Part shown: positions 28,242-35,820 of the stretch, one piece after another | Numbering within the stretch: the stretch's first letter is position 1 | How the letters are laid out: each line of letters opens with the position of its first letter | Assembly: GCA_025454495.1 (NCBI GenBank) | Contig: JALOOI010000001.1 | Coordinates: 18,415-82,414, forward strand | Reading direction: 5' to 3' | DNA from: Anaerolineae bacterium | GTDB lineage: Bacteria > Chloroflexota > Anaerolineae > Aggregatilineales > Phototrophicaceae | DNA length: 64,000 nucleotides | Translations under genes and position numbers: made by a program | The notes under the pieces: model-generated | The model's input: only the letters and a program-made list of their open reading frames with translations | What the model was told of the DNA's origin: nothing | The model's database searches: none

Positions 28242-29756
28242 CTACATAAGGCCATTTTCGGCATAGGCAATCGCGGCGGCCAGGGCCCGCGCCTTGTTCA
28301 CACTCTCCTGGTGCTCGTATTCCGGCTCACTATCGGCCACGATGCCCGCGCCGGCCTGCACATACACGGTATCGCCGCGCACCAGGAAGGTACGAATGGT
28401 GATGCACATATCCATGGAGCCATCAAAGCTGAAGTAGCCCACCGCGCCGCCGTAGTGCCCCCGGCGCACGCCTTCCAGTTCTTCGATGATCTCCATGGCC
28501 CGCACTTTGGGCGCACCGCTGAGCGTGCCGGCCGGGAAGGTGGCCCGGATGAGATCAAAGGCGTTCATGGTGGGGCGCAGCCGGCCCTCCACATGGCTGA
28601 CGATGTGCATCACATGTGAATAGCGTTCCACCACCATCATTTCCGTCACTTTCACGGTGCCATAGTCACACACGCGCCCCAGGTCATTACGCCCCAGGTC
28701 AACCAGCATCACATGTTCGGCGCGTTCTTTGGGGTCGGCCAGCAGGTCAGCGGCATGGGACTGGTCTTCTTCCTCGGTGCGGCCGCGCGGGCGGGTGCCG
28801 GCGATGGGCCGGGTGCTGGCGATGCCATCTTCAAAGCGCACCATCATCTCCGGCGAGGCACCCACCAGGGTTAAATCATCGTTGAAGCGCAGCAGGAACA
28901 TATACGGCGAGGGATTGAGCGCCCGCAGCGCCCGGTACAGCATCAGCGGGGAGGCGCTGGTCTGGCGGCTGAAGCGCTGCGACATGACCACCTGGAATAC
29001 ATCGCCATTGCGGATGTACTCTTTGGCCGCCTGCACATTCTGGCAAAAGGCGGCCTGGCCAATGTTGGAGACCAGTTCGGCGTTCAGCGGGCGAATATCG
29101 GCATCCAGCGGCGGCAGGGGGTTGCCCAGGGCCACCACCACCCGGTCAATGCGATGCACGGCCTCATTGTAGGCGGCATCCGGGCTGCCGCGGTTAAAGG
29201 CATTGGCCAGCACGATGAGCTGGTGTTTGGCGTGGTCAAAGATGATGAGCGTATCCGGGATCATGAAAGCGGCATCGGGCAGATGCAGGTCATCGCGGGC
29301 GGTGGCGGGCAGTTTTTCAAAATAGCGCACAGCATCATAGGCCAGGTAGCCCACTGCGCCGCCCACCAGGCGCGGCAGCCCCGGCACGCGCACCGGGTGA
29401 TACTGCGCCAGCGCGGCCTGCACCACGCTCAGCGGGTCTTCGTCCGGCGACAGCGGGCGGGTGGTGGTTTTGCCGCCGCTGGTTTCGGTGAACTGGTTGT
29501 CCTGCACCAGCAGCACGGTGCCGGGGTTAACCCCGATGAAGGAATAGCGCCCCACGCGCTCGCCGCCTTCCACCGATTCCAGCAGAAAAGACGGCTGGCC
29601 GTCGGCGGTGAGCTTCAGGTAGACTGAAACCGGGGTTTCCAGGTCGGCCAGCAGGGTGCGATACACAGGCACCAGGTCGCCCTGCTGAAAATAGCGATGT
29701 ACGTCCTCGCGCGCGGGTTTAATGTCGGTGCGGATGCGGGTTGCCGGTGCGGCCAT
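28242..29756 (-). CDS. trpE: Anthranilate synthase component I
   Basis: TrpE/chorismate-binding profile. Start at internal Met 29756, with GGGAGGGAG 5-13 nt upstream. Confidence 0.9.
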   Translation of the reverse strand: MAAPATRIRTDIKPAREDVHRYFQQGDLVPVYRTLLADLETPVSVYLKLTADGQPSFLLESVEGGERVGRYSFIGVNPGTVLLVQDNQFTETSGGKTTTRPLSPDEDPLSVVQAALAQYHPVRVPGLPRLVGGAVGYLAYDAVRYFEKLPATARDDLHLPDAAFMIPDTLIIFDHAKHQLIVLANAFNRGSPDAAYNEAVHRIDRVVVALGNPLPPLDADIRPLNAELVSNIGQAAFCQNVQAAKEYIRNGDVFQVVMSQRFSRQTSASPLMLYRALRALNPSPYMFLLRFNDDLTLVGASPEMMVRFEDGIASTRPIAGTRPRGRTEEEDQSHAADLLADPKERAEHVMLVDLGRNDLGRVCDYGTVKVTEMMVVERYSHVMHIVSHVEGRLRPTMNAFDLIRATFPAGTLSGAPKVRAMEIIEELEGVRRGHYGGAVGYFSFDGSMDMCITIRTFLVRGDTVYVQAGAGIVADSEPEYEHQESVNKARALAAAIAYAENGLM

Positions 29757-29775
29757 AAGCTCCCTCCCATGAATC

Positions 29776-29804
29776 AAAAAGCCCTTACAGACTGCTGCAA
29801 GGAC
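29776..29804 (-). terminator. Intrinsic terminator of the T-box leader
   Basis: Minus-strand GUCCUU-(12-nt loop)-AAGGGC followed by UUUUU, immediately 3' of the T-box sequence and about 20 nt before the trpE ATG. Confidence 0.5.
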
Positions 29805-30068
29805 GAGAGGGACTCCCGCGGTGCCACCTTGCTTACCCCGCGTGGCGGGGTCACTTGGTGAGTACGGGCACGCAGGCCGATACTCTGCGCCAGAATCACG
29901 GTGCGCGGCCGGCACAGGCTACTCTCCTGCGGGGCAGGATTTCGACTGGCAGCTCCCCGGTCCATTCCACAGCGGCGTGTGTATCGCCCTTCCACCGTTC
30001 AGGCGACTCTCTGGACACCGTGTTGCTATGTACTCTTCCGGTTCTCAGCTTTTAAGGTGTTACGTTGT
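29776..30068 (-). promoter_or_regulatory. T-box riboswitch leader in front of trpE (candidate Trp specifier UGG)
   Basis: On the minus-strand transcript, AAGGUGGCACCGCGGGAG (complement of 29815..29830) matches the conserved T-box sequence. It lies directly 5' of a terminator hairpin plus U-tract (29776..29804). The leader is about 290 nt and has several UGGA triplets upstream. Confidence 0.6.
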
Positions 30069-30075
30069 TGAGGAT

Positions 30076-30104
30076 ACCATAACGCGAATTCGGATGGCTG
30101 TCAA
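30076..30104 (-). promoter_or_regulatory. Sigma70-like promoter for the T-box/trp transcript
   Basis: -35 TTGACA (complement of 30099..30104), 17-nt spacer, -10 TATGGT (complement of 30076..30081). Confidence 0.4.
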
Positions 30105-30146
30105 GCACTGGAATCGGGCGGGGCCGGGCCCCGCCCCGGTGCAGCA

Positions 30147-32399
30147 TCACGGAAACCACAGCGGCGGATACACATCGAACACGGCCGGGCGCTGGTACAG
30201 CACGGCAGCGAATTCCTGGGGCACGCTGCGGGTCGGCGGCGGCAGCGGCTCGCCGGTGAGGGTGGCCTGCACCTGCGCCGGCCATTCATACACGATGGGG
30301 CGCAGGCCGGCCGCCTGTAAATCGCGCTGTGCGGCGGCCGGGTCAATCCGCAGGTAAGCGCGGGCGCGGGCCACGTAATAATCGCCCCTGCCCGGCGCGG
30401 CGGCGATGGCCTGGCTAAAATAGGCCACCGCCTGCGCCGGATCATCGCGCACGGTGAGGGCATTTTCCCCGGCGATCCAGGCTTCGGCGGCGGTGGCGGG
30501 GGCAGCGGGCACCATGGCCGCGGCGGCGGCCGGGTCATGCACGGCACGAATGCGATACTGTATCTCCGGGGTGATGAAGCTGCGGCTCATCAACTGTTCC
30601 AGCGCCTGCCGCCGCAGCGCCGTTGCGCCCCAGAAGGGCGACAGCGGCAGCTCAAGGTAAAAGCGACGTACCAGCCCCTCCACATACAGCGTCACGATCT
30701 CCTCCGGCGGCAGCAGCCCGTACTGCTCCGCCAGCCGCGCCCGGTGGATGAGCGAGCCATTGGCCATATTGATGGCCGCGGCCCGCCCCAGGTCGGCAAA
30801 CGCCGCTTCATACAGGCCGGCGCTCTCCGCCAGGGCGGCCCGGTTCATCCAGCCCACATCCCAGGTGGGTTCCAGGCGCAGCGCGACATCGTAAGCAGCC
30901 AGCGCGGCGGTGGTGTCGGCCGTCAGCCCCAGTAAAAACGCTTCGTGCAGCGTGTACAGCCGTAAATGCGGGTCGATGGCCTGCGCGGCGCGGGTATCGG
31001 CCAGCGCCTGCGGCATATCGCTGACATCAAAACTGGCCATATACAGCGCCTGCGCCCGGTCGAACTGGAAGAACGCGATGCCATAGCCGGCCACCAGCAG
31101 CAGCGCCACCACGGCCGGCCCGCGCTGACCGTGCCCGGCCGCGGGCGCGTCCAGCCGGCTGGCCGGCAGCCGGGTGACGGCATACGCGACCAGCACCACC
31201 ACCAGCAGCACAATCGGCGTGATGGAGAAGACATCCACCAGGCTGTGGACGGCCAGCCCCGCCAGCGCGGCCAGCACCGCCTGTCGGCGCAGGCGGGCCC
31301 CGCCGCCGGCCGCCTGGAGCTGCTGCCCGGCCCGCCAGGCACCGGCGGCCAGCAGCGCCAGCCCGGCCAGCACCCCGATGATGCCGGTTTCGGCGGCGGT
31401 GTTCAGGTACAGGTTGTGCGCCGAAGCCAGCTTATCCTGCACCAGCGACGGGCTGCGAATTTCCCGGAAGCCGCGCCCGAACAGGCCCACGCCCACCCCG
31501 GTGACGGGCTGCTCCCGGAACAGCGTCACGGCCGCCTGCAACATCTCCAGCCGCCCCGCGTTCGATCCGGGCACGCCCGCCGGCAGCGTGAGCCAGACGA
31601 AGCCGGCCAGCAGCCCGGCCGCCAGCAGCCCGCCGCCGGCCAGCAGCCAGCGGGGCGCAATCCGGGCCCGCAGCCAGGCACTGTCTGCGCCGCGCAGCAG
31701 CAGCAGCACCGCGCCCGCCGCCAGCAGCGACAGCACCCCCCCGCGCGATTGCGTCAGCAGCACAGTGAGCGCCAGCAGCAGCGCCATCGTGCCCAGAATC
31801 ACCCGATAAGCACGCTGCCGCGTCGTCAGCGCCCAGGCCGCCGTGACGATCACCAGCGGGGCGGTGTAGCCGGCCAGCAGCGTGCTGATGGTCATCGCCA
31901 GGCGCACCACCGGCACATCCTGCCAGCCGGGCAGCGTGCCCGTGCTGATCCAGCCGGCCCCGGTGCCGGGCAAAAAGCCCAGGCCAAAATACCAGTCGGC
32001 CAGTTCCAGCCCGGTGAGGAACAGCACCCCCGCCGCCATGAAGAACAGCGCTTCCAGCACCAGGCGCTGGTAGCCGCGCTGAAAATAATCCACCGCCACG
32101 AAGAACATCAGCACGTGCAGCAGCAAAAACCAGGTATGCTCCAGCGACATGCGCGGGTCGCTGCCGGCCAGCGCCGCCAGCAGCCAGGCACCCACCGCCG
32201 CATAAATCGGCCCATTAAGCCCGGTGACGGGCAGCCCGCGCCCGCGGCGCAGCCGGCCCACCAGCCACCACAGCAGCAGCAGCGTCACCAGCGCATGATG
32301 CAGCACCCGCACCGGGAACAGCAGCGCATAATAGGTGCTGCCGCCCACGAAGGTAAAATAAAAAGCCACAAAGACCAGGCTCAGGCGTTTGGAGCGCAT
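30147..32399 (-). CDS. O-antigen ligase/polymerase-family (Wzy_C) integral membrane protein with a C-terminal TPR-like region
   Basis: About 11 TM helices. LTQSRGG...AHNLYL...ETGIIG loop typical of Wzy_C. Roughly 300 aa of soluble TPR-like helices at the C-terminus. Confidence 0.7.
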   Translation of the reverse strand: MRSKRLSLVFVAFYFTFVGGSTYYALLFPVRVLHHALVTLLLLWWLVGRLRRGRGLPVTGLNGPIYAAVGAWLLAALAGSDPRMSLEHTWFLLLHVLMFFVAVDYFQRGYQRLVLEALFFMAAGVLFLTGLELADWYFGLGFLPGTGAGWISTGTLPGWQDVPVVRLAMTISTLLAGYTAPLVIVTAAWALTTRQRAYRVILGTMALLLALTVLLTQSRGGVLSLLAAGAVLLLLRGADSAWLRARIAPRWLLAGGGLLAAGLLAGFVWLTLPAGVPGSNAGRLEMLQAAVTLFREQPVTGVGVGLFGRGFREIRSPSLVQDKLASAHNLYLNTAAETGIIGVLAGLALLAAGAWRAGQQLQAAGGGARLRRQAVLAALAGLAVHSLVDVFSITPIVLLVVVLVAYAVTRLPASRLDAPAAGHGQRGPAVVALLLVAGYGIAFFQFDRAQALYMASFDVSDMPQALADTRAAQAIDPHLRLYTLHEAFLLGLTADTTAALAAYDVALRLEPTWDVGWMNRAALAESAGLYEAAFADLGRAAAINMANGSLIHRARLAEQYGLLPPEEIVTLYVEGLVRRFYLELPLSPFWGATALRRQALEQLMSRSFITPEIQYRIRAVHDPAAAAAMVPAAPATAAEAWIAGENALTVRDDPAQAVAYFSQAIAAAPGRGDYYVARARAYLRIDPAAAQRDLQAAGLRPIVYEWPAQVQATLTGEPLPPPTRSVPQEFAAVLYQRPAVFDVYPPLWFP

Positions 32400-32480
32400 C
32401 AGGGGTATCCTGTCTGGTAGCGTTACGATGCTGTGCTATCATTCTAGGGGTAAGCGCCGGCGGTGAGAAGGGATATACAC

Positions 32481-33155
32481 ATGCGGCGATACTGGCTGGT
32501 GCTGCTGCTGGCCCTGCTGACCGCGTGCGACACGCTGCGCCCGGACGATGTGCCGGCCACGCGCCGCGTGGAATTGACTGCCTATGCCACCGAAGCGGCG
32601 CAAATTCAAGCGGCGCTGGTGCTGCGCCGTACCGAAGCCGTGGCCACCATCGCCGCCGCCGGCACGCTGGCGGCCGATTATTATCGCTACAATCAGGTGC
32701 TGGTGGCCACGGTGCAGGCGGTGGTGCCGCCCACGCCGGTGGAGCGCGTGTCCGTCCAAATTGACTCCAGCGGCGGGGCCAATGCCAGCCAGGTGAACCA
32801 GATCGGCGGCATGACCAGCCTCAGCCAGGTGGGCATTGCCTCCACCATTCGCCAGGATAATGGCTGTTTTGAATCGCAGGCGACTTTTTTTAACGTGAAT
32901 GAGGTGGGCGGGCTGTACCTGACGGCGCGGGCGGATAATCTTCAGGCGGGGACGCGCCTGGAGGCCGTGTGGGAGTATGAAGGGCAGGAGACCTTCCGCA
33001 GCGCCCGGATCATCCAGGCTTCGCAGATGGATAGCTGCGTGGCGCTGCCGGTGACGACGGCCGACATGGCCTTTCTGCCGGGCTTATGGGCCGTCACCCT
33101 CAACGTGAACGGGCAGGCGGCCGCCCGCATCCCGTTTGAAATGATCGCCCGCTGA
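32481..33155 (+). CDS. Hypothetical lipoprotein
   Basis: Signal peptide with lipobox LLTAC. No recognisable domain. ATG 32463 is an alternative start. Confidence 0.5.
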   Translation: MRRYWLVLLLALLTACDTLRPDDVPATRRVELTAYATEAAQIQAALVLRRTEAVATIAAAGTLAADYYRYNQVLVATVQAVVPPTPVERVSVQIDSSGGANASQVNQIGGMTSLSQVGIASTIRQDNGCFESQATFFNVNEVGGLYLTARADNLQAGTRLEAVWEYEGQETFRSARIIQASQMDSCVALPVTTADMAFLPGLWAVTLNVNGQAAARIPFEMIAR

Positions 33156-33190
33156 CCGGGTGACAGGCATAACCATCTTCAGGACAGGCG

Positions 33191-34705
33191 ATGAGTGAAC
33201 AACGCGGCGTTATCCTGTATGTTGTAACCGGCGCGCTGCTGCTGTGGCTGGCGCTGACCACGGCCGCCCAGGGCGGCGATGTCGTCACGGCGGGAACGCT
33301 GTACGTCCGTTCCGGCCCCGGCGAAAATTACTTCGCCATCGGGGCGCTGTTCGCCGGCGAGGCCGTGGAACCGCTTAATCGCAGCGCCGACAGCGCCTGG
33401 ATTTTGATCGCCTACGGGCGGGGCACCGGCTGGATCACGGCGCAGGCAGTTACCTGGCAAACCAGCCTGGCCGGGCTGCCGGTGCTGCCGCCGGACATCA
33501 CCCCCACGGCCCGCGCCACGCTGACCCCGCTGCCCCTGGTGCCGCCCGAATCGCCGCTGGCGGGCACGGTGCTGCTCAATGATGCCGATCGCGCTTTTGT
33601 GCGGTCGGGGCCGGGGCGCGGTTTTGCCCGCCTGGGGCAGCTTGTGCCCGGTACGCTGGTGGAGCCGGTCTCGCGCAGCAGCGATAATGCCTGGATTCTG
33701 ATCCGCTTTCGGGATGCGGGGGCCGGTTTTGACGGTTTCGGCTGGGTGGCGCGGAATCTGGTGCAGTGGCGCGATCCGGCTGCTCTGGAAGCGCTGCCGC
33801 TGCTGGTGGAGCCGAACCTCACCCCGACCGTGACCTTTACGCCCTCGGCCACGCCCCCGGCCACCGCCATCCCGGTGGTGACGGATACGCCCCCCGTGGC
33901 CACGTCCACGCCCACCGCAACCGCAACCCCAACCGCAACCGCGACCATGACCCTGACTCTGACCGCGACTCCGCTGCCGAGCGAAACGCCCGTGCCCGCG
34001 CCCACCGATACCCTGACCGCGACCGCGACCGCGACTCCGCTGCCGTCCGCAACACCCTTCCCTGCGCCCACGCTCACGCTCACCGCCACGGTGCCGCCCA
34101 CCGTGACGCTCATCACCTTCACCGCCGCGCCGCCGGTGAACCCGGCCGCCGTCACCGGCGCTGACACGGTTACGGTTACGGCTACCCTGCCGCCGCCCAC
34201 CGCGCTGCCCGCCGCCACGCTGCCGCTGCCGCCGGCCGCCACCCTGCCGCCGGCCACGGTATCACCCCTCCCGGCAACCACCCCCACGCCGCTGGAAGCT
34301 GCGCCGCCGCTGCCCGAGGTGCCCCCGACCGCCGCCGCCGGAGCCGATGCGGGTTTTCCGGTGGGTATTGTGCTGGCCGGGCTGGCCATTGTGGGGGGGC
34401 TGGCCTATGTGGGGGTCTTTGCCGCCGGGCTGCAATCGGTGCGCCGCTATGACCAGGGTTTTGTGATCGAAACCTGCCCGGTGTGCGGGCGCGGCCGGCT
34501 GCATGTGGAACAGCGTCGCTACCAGACCCTGGGCGTGCCGGGGGCCCGGCGTACCGTCCGGTGCAGCGACTGCCGTTCCGTGCTGCGGGAAAAAGGCCCG
34601 CAGCGCTGGATTTATGCGGTGGATCGCCTGGAAAACCCGGCCCTGTATGATCGTTTGAACGGGCAGGAAATCAGCGATGCTGATCTTAAAACGATGGGCC
34701 AGTAA
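33191..34705 (+). CDS. Protein with two SH3b-like domains, a Pro/Thr-rich linker, a TM helix and a C-terminal zinc ribbon
   Basis: Two repeats of LYVRSGPG...AWILI (bacterial SH3). A 120-aa PT-rich tract, one TM segment, then CPVCGRG...CSDCRS. Confidence 0.6.
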   Translation: MSEQRGVILYVVTGALLLWLALTTAAQGGDVVTAGTLYVRSGPGENYFAIGALFAGEAVEPLNRSADSAWILIAYGRGTGWITAQAVTWQTSLAGLPVLPPDITPTARATLTPLPLVPPESPLAGTVLLNDADRAFVRSGPGRGFARLGQLVPGTLVEPVSRSSDNAWILIRFRDAGAGFDGFGWVARNLVQWRDPAALEALPLLVEPNLTPTVTFTPSATPPATAIPVVTDTPPVATSTPTATATPTATATMTLTLTATPLPSETPVPAPTDTLTATATATPLPSATPFPAPTLTLTATVPPTVTLITFTAAPPVNPAAVTGADTVTVTATLPPPTALPAATLPLPPAATLPPATVSPLPATTPTPLEAAPPLPEVPPTAAAGADAGFPVGIVLAGLAIVGGLAYVGVFAAGLQSVRRYDQGFVIETCPVCGRGRLHVEQRRYQTLGVPGARRTVRCSDCRSVLREKGPQRWIYAVDRLENPALYDRLNGQEISDADLKTMGQ

Positions 34706-35774
34706 CCGGCGGCCGGCGGCCGCGGTGGCCCTCCTGCTCCTGACCGCGGCGGCGGCGGCGGCCGGCTGCCAGCCGGCGGCCGATTTGTCCAGCACGGCCA
34801 CCGGCCCGGGCCCGGTCATTGTGCGGCTGGCCACCGTGACGGCCGTCCCCACCGTGGCCCTGCCCCTCAGTGCGACCCCTGCGCCCACCGTGACGGCCAC
34901 CGCTACCGTGACGGCTGCCCGCACCCCGGCTTTGACGGCCACTCCCTCGCCCACCTGGACGGTGACGGCCAGCCCGACGACCACCGCCACCCTGGTTCCC
35001 ACCAGCACGCCCACGCTGCCACGCATCGATCATTACCGGCTGCGCCGCCCCATTGCCCGCCGCGATGACCTGGTGGATTATGTGGATCGCACTTATCCCT
35101 ATGGCAGCACGCAGATGGGCGCACGCGAAGTGCATACCGGCGTGGAATTCTTCAACCGGCGTTTTACCCCGGTGCTGGCCGCCGCCACCGGCCGCGTCAT
35201 CTTCGCCGGGGAGGATAGCAGCACGCGCCTGGGGCCGGTCAATGATTATTACGGCAATGTCATCCTGCTTCAGCATGATTTTCTGTCGCCGGATGGCCTG
35301 CCGGTCTTTACGCTGTACGGGCATCTGGAGCGCGTGGACGTAGCGGCCGGGCAGCGCGTGGAAGAAGGGCAGCCCATCGGCCAGGTGGGCGACAGCGGCA
35401 TCGCCATCGGGCCGCATTTGCATTTTGAAGTGCGCGTGGGCGATGGTTACGATTTTTACAGCACGCGCAACCCGGATTTATGGCTGCGCCCGTACCCCGG
35501 TTTTGGCACGCTGGCCGGGCGCGTCACCCGCGGGGGAATCCTTCAGCCCGGCGTGCTCATCCTGGTGCGTTCCAGCGCCCGCACCCGCGAAACCTACACC
35601 TATGGCCCGGAGCGGGTGAACAGTGACCCGGTGTGGCAGGAAAATTTTACCCTGGGGGATTTGCCCGCCGGCAGTTATGAGGTCATCCTGGGCGAAAATG
35701 GGCGCATTCGCTTTCAGGCAACCCTCACCATCCGCGACGGGCAAACGGCCTTTGTAGATATTGCGCTGGAATAA
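34677..35774 (+). CDS. M23 family metallopeptidase (LytM domain) lipoprotein
   Basis: HTGVEF...GHL...GDSG...GPHLHFEV motifs. Signal/lipobox. PT-rich linker. Confidence 0.75.
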   Translation: MLILKRWASNRRPAAAVALLLLTAAAAAAGCQPAADLSSTATGPGPVIVRLATVTAVPTVALPLSATPAPTVTATATVTAARTPALTATPSPTWTVTASPTTTATLVPTSTPTLPRIDHYRLRRPIARRDDLVDYVDRTYPYGSTQMGAREVHTGVEFFNRRFTPVLAAATGRVIFAGEDSSTRLGPVNDYYGNVILLQHDFLSPDGLPVFTLYGHLERVDVAAGQRVEEGQPIGQVGDSGIAIGPHLHFEVRVGDGYDFYSTRNPDLWLRPYPGFGTLAGRVTRGGILQPGVLILVRSSARTRETYTYGPERVNSDPVWQENFTLGDLPAGSYEVILGENGRIRFQATLTIRDGQTAFVDIALE

Positions 35775-35820
35775 CCGCCCGCCGGGGCCACGGCACACCG
35801 GGCCCCGGCGCACAGTCCAC

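Noticed and set aside
30966-32420. 484-aa plus-strand ORF rich in Q/R/H/P
   Set aside because: It is antisense to the O-antigen-ligase-like gene. The composition is implausible.
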